Notes: a model not told the origin generated them from the sequence alone. Positions 38,072 to 49,211 are shown, numbered from the whole stretch's first letter. The stretch is DNA of 63,714 bases, filler included, from Licmophora abbreviata (GCA_900291995.1; 18 parts of 18 records of this genome joined end to end with filler, not necessarily neighbours in it), one strand, 5' to 3'. Translations and numbers: made by a program.

Positions 38072-39352
38072 AGCGGGTGACGATCCTTGGGGCCACCGGG
38101 TCCATAGGGCAGAACACGCTGGACCTGATCCGTCGTGCGCCGCAGGAGTTCGAGGTTGTCGCGCTGACCGGGGGGCGCAATATCGCACAGTTGGCCGCCG
38201 ATGCGAGGGAGTTCCGCGCAAGCCTTGCGGTCACGGCGCATGACGATTTGCTGGACGATCTGCGCGCGGCGCTCGCGGGATCGGGGATCGAGGCCATATC
38301 GGGCGCACAGGCGCTGATCGAGGCGGCGGCCCGTCCAGCGGATTGGGTGATGTCGGCGATCGTGGGGGCGGCAGGGCTGCCACCGGGGCTGACAGCGCTT
38401 GAGCAGGGCGCGACACTGGCGCTGGCCAACAAGGAATCGCTGGTGGCGGCGGGCCCGCTTCTGATGACGACGGCGGCCCGGCACGGCGCGCGCATCTTGC
38501 CGGTGGACAGCGAGCATTCGGCGATTTTTCAGGCGCNNNNNNNNNNNNNNNNNNNNNNNNNNNNNNNNNNNNNNNNNNNNTTAATTAATTAANNNNNNNN
38601 NNNNNNNNNNNNNNNNNNNNNNNNNNNNNNNNNNNNTTTTTCAGGCGCTTGTGGGCGAGGACATGGACGCGGTGCGCCGGGTCATCATCACCGCGAGCGG
38701 CGGCGCGTTCCGCGACTGGCCGATGGAGCGGCTGGCGGGGGCCACGATCGAAGAGGCCTCGACCCATCCCAACTGGGATATGGGGCAGCGGATCACCATC
38801 GACTCGGCGTCGATGTTCAACAAGGCGCTCGAGATGATCGAGGCGCGGGAATTCTTCGCGCTGGACCCGGAGAAGATCGAGGTGCTGGTGCATCCCGAAT
38901 CCCTTGTCCACGCGCTTGTCGGGTTTTGCGATGGGGGGCTCATGGCCCATGTCGGGCCGCCCGACATGCGGCACGCCATCGGCTATGCGCTGAACTGGCC
39001 CGAGCGGCGGGAGCTGCCCGTAGAGGTGCTGGATCTGGCCGCAACGGGACAGTTGACGTTTCGCGCGCCCGACACGGCGCGCTATCCCGCTTTGCGACTG
39101 GCCCGCGAGGTGATGCGGGCGCGCGGGTTGAGCGGGGCGGTGTTCAACGGCGCCAAGGAACGCGCGCTGGATCATTTCATCGCAGGCCGCATCGAATTTC
39201 TGGCGATGAGCGCCATCGTGGAAGAGGTTCTGACCCGTCTGTCGGCGGATAAAGGCCTTATTGATGCCGAGATCACCCTTGATACCGTGATGCATCTGGA
39301 CCACCTCTCACGGGTATGCGCCGACGAGGTGGCGCAAAAGCAGAGCAGATAG
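38068..39352 (+). CDS. dxr: 1-deoxy-D-xylulose 5-phosphate reductoisomerase, split by gap 38537-38636
   Basis: LGATGSIG, LANKE, PVDSEHSAIFQ, HPNWDMG; flanks of the gap share a 12-nt overlap. Confidence 0.97.
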
Positions 39353-39362
39353 GACAGCGATC

Positions 39363-40576
39363 TTGGACAGCGTAGCGTTTTTGCCGCAATTCGGCGGCCT
39401 CTTCATGACAATTCTGGCTTTCGTGATCGCCCTGTCGGCGATCGTCGCGGTGCATGAATACGGCCATTACATCGTCGGTCGTTGGTCGGGCATCAAGGCG
39501 GATGTGTTCTCGATCGGGTTCGGGCCGGTCATCTGGGCGCGGATGGACAAGCACGGCACCCGCTGGCAGGTGGCGCTGCTGCCGTTCGGGGGCTTCGTGA
39601 AGTTTCGGGGTGATGCGGATGCGGCGAGCGCGACGGCCGAGGGTGCGCTCAATCAGATGAGCCCGGAAGAGCGGCGGCAGACCATGCATGGCGCGCCGTT
39701 ATGGGCGCGCACGGCGACGGTGGCCGCGGGGCCGGTGTTCAATTTCGTGCTGTCCATTCTGGTTTTTGCCACGATCATGATGACCCAAGGCAAGGTGGCC
39801 GAGCCGTTGGCGGTGGGAGAGTTGAAGCCCCTGCCGGTCGAGGGCATCACCCTGCAGCCGGGAGATGCGCTGCTGAACGTGGCGGGGATTGATGTGCCCG
39901 ATTTCGGGAACCCGGATGTGTTCGATCCGTTCATGGATCAATTGCCGACCGAGCCGCTGCTGGATTACGTTGTGCTGCGCGATGGGCAAGAGGTGACCGT
40001 GCAAGGCCCCTATCCGCTGCCGCCGCTGGTGGCGCAGCTTGCCCCGCAATCCGCCGCCTTCGAGATCAACATGCGTCCGGGCGATGTGATCACCGCCGTG
40101 GACGGCACGCCGATCCACGCGTTTTCCGAACTCAAGGTGGTGGTCGAAAGTTCGGACGGGCGGCCCTTGGCGCTGCAGGTCTGGCGCGAGGGTGAGACGC
40201 TCGATTTCGTGCTCGAGCCGCGGCGCGTGGACGAGCCGCAGCCGGATGGCGGGTTCGAGACGCAATGGCGCATCGGGATCGCCGGGGCGTTGGCCTTCGA
40301 TCCAGCGACCGAGCGGCTTGGCCCCGTGGAGGCGGTGCAGCGCGGTGCGGTGCAGGTCTGGGACATCATCGAGGGCTCGTTGTCGGGCCTGTATCACATG
40401 ATCACCGGGGCGATCAGCAGTTGCAACATGTCCGGCCCCATCGGGATTGCCGAAGTGTCGGGCGCGATGGCCAGTCAGGGCGCGCAGAGCTTCATCTGGT
40501 TCATCGCCGTGTTGTCCACTGCGGTCGGATTGCTGAACCTGTTTCCGATCCCGGTTCTGGATGGCGGGCATCTGGC
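39363..40576 (+). CDS. rseP: RIP metalloprotease RseP (3' end in gap)
   Basis: HEYGH, PDZ domains, NLFPIPVLDGGH. Confidence 0.95.
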
Positions 40577-40824
40577 NNNNNNNNNNNNNNNNNNNNNNNN
40601 NNNNNNNNNNNNNNNNNNNNTTAATTAATTAANNNNNNNNNNNNNNNNNNNNNNNNNNNNNNNNNNNNNNNNNNNNGATCGTCGGCGCGGTCATCAGGGT
40701 CACGATCACGACCAGGGGCGTCGCGGCACGGTCCGCGGCGCCTTGAAAATGCCGAAATCCTGTCCTGGCCGTCGCCATAATGGGTCTGCATCCATGGGCC
40801 ATAAGATCTGGCAGGACCAAGACC

Positions 40825-40950
40825 ATGCAACACATCAAACGCGGATATCGGGGCCTCGGCCTTCTGCTCAATCTGAATTGGGACCGGATTCTGTATCTGG
40901 CGACCATCACTGTGGCGTTGCTGGCAGGTGGGTTTATCGGCTCGATGTGA
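40825..40950 (+). CDS. 41-aa putative single-pass membrane protein
   Basis: MQHIKRGYRGLGLLLNLNWDRILYLATITVALLAGGFIGSM; GGCAGGA RBS; basic N-terminus plus hydrophobic helix; below ORF-track cutoff. Confidence 0.65.
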   Translation: MQHIKRGYRGLGLLLNLNWDRILYLATITVALLAGGFIGSM

Positions 40951-41077
40951 CGCCAGCGCCGCAGCGGGGCCGCGCCGCATGAAATTTGTCCGGCAAACTT
41001 GCTCTCCCAGTTTTGACAAGCCTTTCCAGACCGGATACTGACATCTATGATAGGGATGTTGGACCGGATATTACGAC

Positions 41078-43402
41078 ATGGAAATAAAGCACCAGCGCCG
41101 CGTCTTCAGCGGGGGTATTGCGCCAAGCCTCGTTAAGATCTTCCGGGCCTTTGGCCTTGTCATGGTGACATTTGCCGTTCTGGCCTATGCCGGGGTAGCC
41201 TCGGCACAGTCCTATCGGTTCAGCACCGTCGAGATCGAGGGCAACCAGCGCGTCGAGGCCGGCACGATTCTCAGCTATGCGGGGATCGAGCGGGGGCAGA
41301 CGGTGTCCGCCGCCGAATTGAACGATGCCTATCAGAAAATCCTGGAAACCGGGTTGTTCGAAAGCGTGACGATCGAGCCGCGCGGCAACCGGCTTTTCAT
41401 CAGTGTCGTCGAATACCCGACCATCAACCGCATCGCCTTCGAGGGGAATCGACGGCTGAACGATGAGGATCTCGAGGGCTTCGTGCAAAGCCGGGTGCGG
41501 CAGGTCTTCAGCCCGACGCAGGCCGAGCGGGATGCAGCAACCCTTACCGAAGCCTATGCGCAGAACGGGCGCTTGTCGGCGCGGGTGTCGCCCAAGGTGA
41601 TCCGCCGCAGCGATAATCGCGTGGATCTGGTGTTTGAGATTTTCGAAGGTGGCAAGATCGAAGTGCAGCGCATCGGTTTTGTCGGCAACAAGGCGTTTTC
41701 CGATCGCCGCCTGCGGCGCGTCATCGACAGCAAGCAAGCCGGTCTGCTGCGCGCGCTGATCGAACGCGACACCTTTGTCGAGGACCGGATCGAGTTCGAC
41801 AGGCAGGTGCTCACGGATTTCTACCAGTCGCGCGGCTATGTGGATTTTCGCGTCACCGGTACGAACGCGGAACTGGCGCGGGAGCGTGACGCCTATTTCG
41901 TGACGTTCAATATCCAGGAAGGCCAGCAATTCACCTTCGGTGAGATCACCACCATCAGCGATTTGCCGGAAATCGATCCCGAGGCCTATCAGGCCGTGCT
42001 CAAGGTCAGGCCGGGCATGGTCTATTCGCCCACCCGTGTGGAAAACGCGATTTCGCGGATGGAGCGTCTGGCGATCAAGGAGGGTGTGGATTTCCTGCGG
42101 GTTGAGCCGCGAATCTCGCGCAATGACCGGGACCTTACGCTGAACGTCGAATTCGCGCTGGTGCGCGGTCCGAGGGTCTTTGTGGAGCGGATCGACATCG
42201 AGGGCAACACCACCACTGTGGATCAGGTGATCCGGCGTCAGTTCGACGTGGTCGAGGGCGATCCGTTCAACCCGCGTCAGATCCGCGAAGCGGCGGAGCG
42301 TATCCGCGCGCTTCGGTATTTCTCGGATGTTGAAGTGGATGCGCGCGAAGGCTCGCGGCCCGATCAGGTGGTCGTGGATGTCAATGTCGAGGAAACCACG
42401 ACCGGCTCGCTCAGCTTTGGTGGCAGCTATTCGACCAATAGCGGTCTTGGTATCAGCGTGGGCTTCAGCGAGCGCAACTTCATGGGGCGCGGTCAGGAGC
42501 TGACCGCTCAGATCGCCGCGGCGGAAAACAACGCCAATTACAATATCAGCTTTGTCGAGCCTGCCTTCCTTGGCCGCGATGTGGCGTTTGGGTTGGACTT
42601 TGCGCTGATCGAATCCGACAGTGATTTCAGCCTGTTCAACACAACGACGGGCATTTTCCGGCCCAGCCTGACCTTCCCGGTGAGTGAAAACGGCCGTTTG
42701 TCGCTGTACTATGACGCGAGCTACGACGAGATGACCGATTACCGTGGTTTCTCGAGCGTGCTGCGGTCAGAGGTGGCACGCAAAGGCCTGTGGTCAAGCG
42801 GCATCGGCTATGAATACACTTATGACACGCGCCGGGGCGGGCTTGATCCGAACTCGGGCGTGCTGTTGTCCTTCGGGCAGGAATTCGCCGGGCTTGGTGG
42901 GGATACGGAGTTCATCAAGACCAATGCCCGTGTCATCGCGCAGACCATGGTTCTGAACGAGGAGGTCACCTTGCGGGCCACGCTGGAAGGTGGCGCGCTT
43001 GATTTCCAGAAGGACACCAGCCGTGCGGTGGATCGCTTCAGCTCGCAAGTGATGCGCGGCTTCGAGCCGAACGGCATGGGGCCGATCGAAGGGACAGAGC
43101 ATCTGGGTGGCGACTTCTACGCGGTGGCCAAGTTCGAAGCCGAATTCCCCTTGGGCCTTCCGGAAGAATACGGGATTTCCGGGGGAGCCTTTTATGACGT
43201 GGGGAGCATCTGGGGGCTGGATACGCGCAATGCCACGGGCGTGATCCGCTCCAAGGGTTTCAAGGCGCGTCATGTCGTCGGGGTGTCGATGTTCTGGGCA
43301 TCGCCTTTCGGTCCGCTGCGGCTGAACTGGTCCACGGCGCTTGAAAAAGAGCCGGGCGATATCGAGCAGACATTCGATCTGACTGTCAGGACGGAGTTCT
43401 GA
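41078..43402 (+). CDS. bamA: Outer membrane protein assembly factor BamA
   Basis: Five POTRA repeats (I.GN), MRGF motif, SPFGPL, terminal Phe. Confidence 0.97.
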   Translation: MEIKHQRRVFSGGIAPSLVKIFRAFGLVMVTFAVLAYAGVASAQSYRFSTVEIEGNQRVEAGTILSYAGIERGQTVSAAELNDAYQKILETGLFESVTIEPRGNRLFISVVEYPTINRIAFEGNRRLNDEDLEGFVQSRVRQVFSPTQAERDAATLTEAYAQNGRLSARVSPKVIRRSDNRVDLVFEIFEGGKIEVQRIGFVGNKAFSDRRLRRVIDSKQAGLLRALIERDTFVEDRIEFDRQVLTDFYQSRGYVDFRVTGTNAELARERDAYFVTFNIQEGQQFTFGEITTISDLPEIDPEAYQAVLKVRPGMVYSPTRVENAISRMERLAIKEGVDFLRVEPRISRNDRDLTLNVEFALVRGPRVFVERIDIEGNTTTVDQVIRRQFDVVEGDPFNPRQIREAAERIRALRYFSDVEVDAREGSRPDQVVVDVNVEETTTGSLSFGGSYSTNSGLGISVGFSERNFMGRGQELTAQIAAAENNANYNISFVEPAFLGRDVAFGLDFALIESDSDFSLFNTTTGIFRPSLTFPVSENGRLSLYYDASYDEMTDYRGFSSVLRSEVARKGLWSSGIGYEYTYDTRRGGLDPNSGVLLSFGQEFAGLGGDTEFIKTNARVIAQTMVLNEEVTLRATLEGGALDFQKDTSRAVDRFSSQVMRGFEPNGMGPIEGTEHLGGDFYAVAKFEAEFPLGLPEEYGISGGAFYDVGSIWGLDTRNATGVIRSKGFKARHVVGVSMFWASPFGPLRLNWSTALEKEPGDIEQTFDLTVRTEF

Positions 43403-43410
43403 GCCCTCGG

Positions 43411-44159
43411 ATGACGGGTCTGGCATTTCTCAAGAGAGTGGCGGTTTCTGTCGGGTTGGGGATCACGATGCTGGCCGGGGCGCAGGCGGCGGCGCAATCC
43501 ATCGGTGTGGTGNNNNNNNNNNNNNNNNNNNNNNNNNNNNNNNNNNNNNNNNNNNNTTAATTAATTAANNNNNNNNNNNNNNNNNNNNNNNNNNNNNNNN
43601 NNNNNNNNNNNNGGCGCAGGCGGCGGCGCAATCCATCGGTGTGGTGCAAAGCGACGTGCTGGTGGTCAACCCCGATCTGCTCTTTGCCGAGACCCGGCTT
43701 GGCCAGCGTATGACCGATGAATTGCAGGCTGAAAGAGACGCGCTGATCGCGCTGAACCGGGATCTTGAACAGCAGCTTGAAAGCGAAGAGAAGGCGCTGA
43801 CGGAATTGCGGGCCGAGACCAGCCCGGAAGAGTTTCGCCGCATGGCGGATAGTTTCGACCGGAAAGTGCAGCAAATCCGAGAGGATAGCGAACGCCGCGT
43901 GCGCGATCTGGAGCGCAGCAGGTCTCAGGCGCCTGTGACCTTCATGCGCATTGTCGAGCCGATCCTGATCGAGATCATGCGCGATGCCGATGCCGCCGTG
44001 ATCCTTGACAGTCGCGCGACGCTGCTCAGTGTGGAGGCGGCGGATATCACCGCCCTTGCGATTTCGAGGGTGGATGAGACGATCGGCGACACAATGCCAC
44101 CTGAGCTGATGAGAGGACCGCAAGCTGCGCCGGATGACACATCTTCTGGCGCCGAGTGA
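43411..44159 (+). CDS. skp: OmpH/Skp periplasmic chaperone; artificially split
   Basis: Signal peptide MTGLAFLKRVAVSVG...; coiled coil; DIT motif; 34 nt duplicated on both sides of gap 43513-43612. Confidence 0.85.
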
Positions 44160-44240
44160 CCCGGTCGCCTTCTGGCCGCTTGCCCATGACAGGTTGAGTT
44201 GCTAGGGACATGGCAAGCCTGCACATCGAAGGAATGCATC

Positions 44241-44705
44241 ATGACCGAGCCGCTGAAATCCGCGGATATCCAGCTGATCCAAGCGCTTATCCCGCACCGC
44301 TATCCGTTTCTGCTGATTGACAAGGTGGTCGATATCGATGGCTGCAAATCGGCGCGCGGGATCAAAAACGTCACGATGAACGAGCCGCATTTTCAGGGGC
44401 ATTTCCCCGGCAAGCCGATCATGCCAGGGGTCACCATCGTCGAGGCGATGGCCCAGACCGCGGCTGTCATGGTCGGGACTGCCATGGGCATGGAAGGCCG
44501 CGACCTGCTGGTCTATTTCATGGCGATCGACAATTGCAAATTCCGCCGCATGGTCGTGCCGGGCGATGTTCTCGAGTTGAAGCTGACAACGCTGCGCGGC
44601 AAGCCCGGTGGCAAGGTGTGGAAATTCGCCGGCGTGGCCGAGGTCGAGGGTGAGATCGTCACCGAGGCCGAATTCACCGCCATGATGGATTTGCCCAAGG
44701 AGTGA
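44241..44705 (+). CDS. fabZ: 3-hydroxyacyl-ACP dehydratase
   Basis: [25 protein letters not shown]. Confidence 0.97.
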   Translation: MTEPLKSADIQLIQALIPHRYPFLLIDKVVDIDGCKSARGIKNVTMNEPHFQGHFPGKPIMPGVTIVEAMAQTAAVMVGTAMGMEGRDLLVYFMAIDNCKFRRMVVPGDVLELKLTTLRGKPGGKVWKFAGVAEVEGEIVTEAEFTAMMDLPKE

Positions 44706-44710
44706 CGCCG

Positions 44711-45514
44711 ATGCCGCAACTGGCGGAAACCTTCATTCACCCGACCGCGCTTGTCGAAGAGGGCGCGGTTTTGGGGACCGGCTGTCATGTAGGGCCGTTT
44801 TGCCATGTCGGCCCGGATGTCCGGCTTGGTGATCGCGTCGTGCTGAAATCGCATGTCGTGGTGGCCGGCGACACGGTGATCGGCGAGGATACAGTGATTT
44901 TTCCCTTCGCCTGCATCGGGGAGGTGCCGCAAGACCTGAAATTCAAAGGCGAACGGACACGGTTGGTGATCGGCGCGCGCAACCGCATTCGCGAGCATGT
45001 GACGATGAACACCGGCACCGAAGGCGGCGGCGGGGAAACCCGCGTGGGCGATGACGGGCTGTTCATGGCAGGCTGTCACGTGGCGCATGACGTGCATCTG
45101 GGAAACCGGGTCATCATCGTGAACAACGCGGCCCTTGCCGGGCATTGCGTGCTGGAGGACGATGTCATCATCGGCGGTCTGTCGGGTGTGCATCAATTCG
45201 TGCGCATCGGTCAGGGCGCGATCATCGGGGCGGTCACGATGGTGACCAATGATGTGATCCCTTATGGTCTGGTGCAGGCGCCGCGCGGTGAATTGGATGG
45301 GCTGAATCTTGTGGGTCTCAAGCGGCGCGGTGTGCCGCGCGCGGATATCACCGCGCTGAGGGCGGCGTTTCAGATGCTGGCACAGGGCGAGGGCGCGTTT
45401 CAGGATCGCGCCCGACGCCTTGGGGACGAGACGGAAAGCGACTATGTGCGCCAGATCGTCGACTTCGTGACGGGGGCGAGCGACCGGTCGTTCCTGACAC
45501 CGGGCGCGGGCTGA
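44711..45514 (+). CDS. lpxA: UDP-N-acetylglucosamine acyltransferase
   Basis: IHPTA, hexapeptide repeats, PQDLKF, HVAHD, HQF, GLNLVGL. Confidence 0.97.
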   Translation: MPQLAETFIHPTALVEEGAVLGTGCHVGPFCHVGPDVRLGDRVVLKSHVVVAGDTVIGEDTVIFPFACIGEVPQDLKFKGERTRLVIGARNRIREHVTMNTGTEGGGGETRVGDDGLFMAGCHVAHDVHLGNRVIIVNNAALAGHCVLEDDVIIGGLSGVHQFVRIGQGAIIGAVTMVTNDVIPYGLVQAPRGELDGLNLVGLKRRGVPRADITALRAAFQMLAQGEGAFQDRARRLGDETESDYVRQIVDFVTGASDRSFLTPGAG

Positions 45515-45516
45515 GC

Positions 45517-46323
45517 ATGGCGGGACGTCTGGCGATCCTGGCCTGTAGCGGCGGCCTTCCGGTGCAGATCGCCGAGGCGCAACCCGATGCAGTGAAGATC
45601 GGATTTTATGGCGTTCCCAATGAGTTGCAGGGCGATGTTCATCTGCACCGCTTCGAGAAGATGGGTGCTGTCTTTGACGGGTTGAGGGCGCAGGGCGTGG
45701 ACCGGGTGGTCTTTGCCGGATCGCTGTCGCGCCCGCCGCTTAACCCCGCGGAGTTCGATCCGGTGATGCTGGGTCTTGCCCCGCGGCTGATGGTGGCGAT
45801 GCAGGGCGGCGATGATGCGCTTCTGAGAGACGTGATCGCGATTTTCGAGGAACAGGGCTTTGCCGTGATGGGCGCGCATGAGCTGGTGCCGGGGCTGACC
45901 GCGGATGAGGGGCTTTGTGTCGGCGCCGAGATGTCCGAAACCGATCTGCAGGATGCTGCGCGCGCGTGGGATATCCTGATGGCCTTGTCGCCGCTGGATG
46001 TTGGACAGGGCTGTGTGGTCGCCGGTGGTCAATGTCTGGGGATCGAGACGGTGCAAGGGACCGATGCCTTGCTCGGGTACGTGGCCGCTACGCCAGAGGC
46101 GTTGCGCCGGGGCGTGAGGGGCGTTTACGTCAAGGCGGCCAAGCGGGGGCAGGACCTGCGGGTCGATATGCCGGTGATCGGGCCGAAGACCATCGAGGCG
46201 GTGGCCGCTGCCGGGCTTGCGGGGCTTGTGGTCGAAGCGGGCAGGGTGATGATCCTCGAGCGCGAAAAGACCTTGCAGGCAGTTGAAAAGGCAGGGCTTT
46301 CTCTTTCCTCACGGGTGCTGTGA
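45517..46323 (+). CDS. lpxI: UDP-2,3-diacylglucosamine pyrophosphatase LpxI
   Basis: GDDALL, DVGQG, GTD, QDLRVDMP.IG; between lpxA and lpxB. Confidence 0.92.
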   Translation: MAGRLAILACSGGLPVQIAEAQPDAVKIGFYGVPNELQGDVHLHRFEKMGAVFDGLRAQGVDRVVFAGSLSRPPLNPAEFDPVMLGLAPRLMVAMQGGDDALLRDVIAIFEEQGFAVMGAHELVPGLTADEGLCVGAEMSETDLQDAARAWDILMALSPLDVGQGCVVAGGQCLGIETVQGTDALLGYVAATPEALRRGVRGVYVKAAKRGQDLRVDMPVIGPKTIEAVAAAGLAGLVVEAGRVMILEREKTLQAVEKAGLSLSSRVL

Positions 46324-47477
46324 TGCGGGTGTTCCTGATTGCCGGAGAGGCGTCGGGCGACAAGCTGGGTGCCGCGCTGATGGCCGGGTTGAAATCCCTT
46401 GAAAGCGTTGAATTCCAAGGGGTTGGCGGGCCTCTGATGCAGGCCGAAGGGATGGTTTCCCTGTTTGACATGGATGAGCTGTCGGTGATGGGGTTGGCGG
46501 AGATCGTGCCGAAATATCCCCATCTGCGGCGACGGTTGCACCAGACGGCCAAGGCGGTGCTCGAGGCGCGGCCGGATGTGCTGATTACCATCGACAGCCC
46601 GGATTTCTGTTTGCGGGTCGCGAAGCTGGTCAAGGCGAAAAGTGACATAAGAACAGTGCATTACGTGGCGCCGTCGGTCTGGGCATGGCGCGCGGGGCGC
46701 GCGCGCAAGATGGCACGGGTCGTCGACCAGGTCTTGGCGCTCTTGCCGTTCGAGCCACCATATATGGAAGCGGCGGGGGTGGACTGCGATTTCGTGGGGC
46801 ATCCTGTCGTCAGTGAGCGTCAGGCGAATGCCGAGGAAATTCAAGGGTTTAGGGAGCGTCACGGGATCGAGGGGGCGCTGTGGATGATCCTGCCGGGCTC
46901 GCGCCGGGGAGAGGTGCAGCGCCTTGGTCCGATATTTAGTGAGGTTGTTCATAGGGTTATCCGGGAAAAGCCGGATCTTTCGGTGGTCATTCCGACGAGG
47001 TCAAACGTGGCGCCAATGGTGCGGGAGATGGTCGAGGGCTGGCCGGTGAGGCCGGTGATCCTGGACCCCGCCGAAACCGATGCCGAAACCGCCAAGGCCG
47101 AGAAGCGGGCGGCGTTCGGGGCGGCCGATTGGGCGCTGGCGGCGTCTGGGACGGTGTCACTGGAACTGGCGGCGGCGGGCACGCCGATGGTCATTGCCTA
47201 TGACGTCAACCCGTTGAGCCGGTTCATTATTTCCAAGATGCTGACCATCGACACGCTGACGCTTGTCAACCTTGTCTCGGAGACACGGGCGGTGCCGGAG
47301 TTCAACGGCAAGCGGTGCCGGCCCGAGTTGATCGCGCCGGGCATGCTTGAGGTCATGGATGCGCCGGGCGCGCAACGCGCGGCGATGGAGCTGACCATGC
47401 AACGGCTGGGGCGTGATGGTGAGGCGCCGGGGCTGCGTGCGGCAAGGGCGGTTCTGGCGCGAATGGGCGATGTGTAG
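46323..47477 (+). CDS. lpxB: Lipid-A-disaccharide synthase
   Basis: AGEASGD, IDSPDF, PSVWAWR, PGSR, SGTVSLE. Confidence 0.96.
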   Translation: MRVFLIAGEASGDKLGAALMAGLKSLESVEFQGVGGPLMQAEGMVSLFDMDELSVMGLAEIVPKYPHLRRRLHQTAKAVLEARPDVLITIDSPDFCLRVAKLVKAKSDIRTVHYVAPSVWAWRAGRARKMARVVDQVLALLPFEPPYMEAAGVDCDFVGHPVVSERQANAEEIQGFRERHGIEGALWMILPGSRRGEVQRLGPIFSEVVHRVIREKPDLSVVIPTRSNVAPMVREMVEGWPVRPVILDPAETDAETAKAEKRAAFGAADWALAASGTVSLELAAAGTPMVIAYDVNPLSRFIISKMLTIDTLTLVNLVSETRAVPEFNGKRCRPELIAPGMLEVMDAPGAQRAAMELTMQRLGRDGEAPGLRAARAVLARMGDV

Positions 47478-47552
47478 GGTTCGTACGAAACCGACACGGG
47501 TTTGGGACGGAGTTTGTGCAATTTGTCGAAAATTGTGTCCCGTCCGTACGCA
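47471..47552 (+). repeat. 82-bp intergenic element, copy B (overlaps lpxB stop codon)
   Basis: TGTGTAGGGTTCGTACGAAAC...TTGTGTCCCGTCCGTACGCA; first 21 nt identical to copy A. Confidence 0.85.
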
Positions 47553-47611
47553 ATTCGCCGGTTTGACACGCGATCGCCGGGCAAGGTTCTGGCGGTGAGA
47601 GAGCCGCGCGC

Positions 47612-48780
47612 TCAGTATCCGCGCCAGATCCAGCCGCCACCAAGGATGCGGCTGTCGCCGGTTTCATAGAACACGCAGGCCTGACCGGGGCTGACGCCTT
47701 CTTCGGGGCTGAGCAGCTCGACCTCGGCGCCGCCACCGGGCAGGGGACGAAGGATCGCCTCTTGCGGGGGGCGGGTGGAGCGCAGCTTGACCGAGAGGTG
47801 CCATTCCGGGCGGCTATCGAGGGGGGCGTCGCCCAGCCAGTTGATCTCGCGCACGGGAACGAGGCGGGTGGCGAGCAGTTCCTTGGGGCCGACGATGACG
47901 CGCTGCGCGTCGACATCGAGCTTCACCACATAGAGCGGCTCGCTCAGCCCGCCGATGCCAAGGCCGCGACGCTGNNNNNNNNNNNNNNNNNNNNNNNNNN
48001 NNNNNNNNNNNNNNNNNNTTAATTAATTAANNNNNNNNNNNNNNNNNNNNNNNNNNNNNNNNNNNNNNNNNNNNGTTCGGCGGCGCCGGGGCGCAGTTTT
48101 TCGATCACTGCGGCATAATTGCCATCGGGCACGAAGCAGATATCCTGACTGTCGGGCTTGTCGGCCACTTTCAGCCCGTAGCGTGCGGCCAGCTCACGGG
48201 TGGCGTGCTTGGAGGGCAGGTGGCCCAAGGGAAAGCGCAGGAAATCGAGCTGTTCGGGGGTGGTGGAGAACAGGAAATAGCTTTGATCGCGGGCGGCATC
48301 GGCGGCGCAGTGCAATTCGGGGCCATGCGCGCCCATCTTGCGCTGGATGTAATGGCCGGTGGCCATGCAATCGGCATCGAGATCGCGGGCGGTGTGCAGC
48401 AGGTCCTTGAATTTCACCCGCTCGTTGCAGCGTATGCAGGGCACGGGCGTGGCGCCCGCAAGGTAGCTGTCGGCAAATTCGTCGATCACCGCGTCGCGGA
48501 AGATGTTTTCGTAATCGAGCACGTAATGGGGAAAGCCCATGTCTTCGGCCACGCGGCGCGCATCATGGATGTCGATCCCGGCGCAGCAGGCGCCTTTTTT
48601 CGCAAGTGCGGCGCCATGATCGTAAAGCTGCAGGGTGACGCCCACCACGTCATAGCCTTCCTCGGCCAGTTGGGCGGCCACGACCGAGCTGTCGACGCCA
48701 CCGGACATGGCGACGACGACACGGGTGTCGGCTGGGGCTTTGGCGAAGCCCAGGGAATTGAGGCCGGATTCGAGGGGCAT
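47612..48780 (-). CDS. mnmA: tRNA 2-thiouridylase MnmA, split by gap 47975-48074
   Basis: [40 protein letters not shown]. Confidence 0.97.
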
Positions 48781-48903
48781 TGGACGGGTCTCCTTGGTGT
48801 GACGGAATATAAGAAAATGCGAGACAGTCTCAAGGGGCGGTTTCACCTGCCGTTAAAAGCTAAGGGGCAGTCTTGTGCCCGGTTGCTTTTGAGGGTGAGA
48901 GAG

Positions 48904-49188
48904 ATGTTTCTGAAAAAGGTGAACGGGCCGCGGATCGTGACCTTGCCGGATGGCAGTATCCTGAGCAGGGGCGATCTGCCGCCGGCGGATACGCGGCGCT
49001 GGACGGCGCGTCGCAAGATGGCGGTGGTGCGCGGCGTGGTGCATGGGCTGATGTCGCAGGACGAGGCGCAGAGCTTTTACGAGCTGAGTGAAGCGGAGCT
49101 TGCCGAATGGCTGATTTCGGCCGAACGAGAGGGCACATCGGGGTTGCGCGCGACGGTCAGAACGAAAGAAGTGGACAACCTTGGGTAG
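48904..49188 (+). CDS. sciP: CtrA inhibitor SciP (DUF1153)
   Basis: MFLKK..GPR.VTLPDG...LPP..TRRW.ARRK..VV; mnmA-sciP-ctrA synteny. Confidence 0.9.
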   Translation: MFLKKVNGPRIVTLPDGSILSRGDLPPADTRRWTARRKMAVVRGVVHGLMSQDEAQSFYELSEAELAEWLISAEREGTSGLRATVRTKEVDNLG

Positions 49189-49211
49189 AAAAATGTATTT
49201 TCGTCGCACTG

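Noticed and set aside
40677..40782. Minus-strand ORF start MATARTGFRHFQG… running into the gap
   Set aside because: Truncated, no recognisable motif; cannot be supported as a gene.
43479..43646. 34-nt direct repeat GGCGCAGGCGGCGGCGCAATCCATCGGTGTGGTG flanking a gap
   Set aside because: Contig-end overlap; merging restores a single skp ORF. A 12-nt overlap in dxr (38525/38637) has the same cause.
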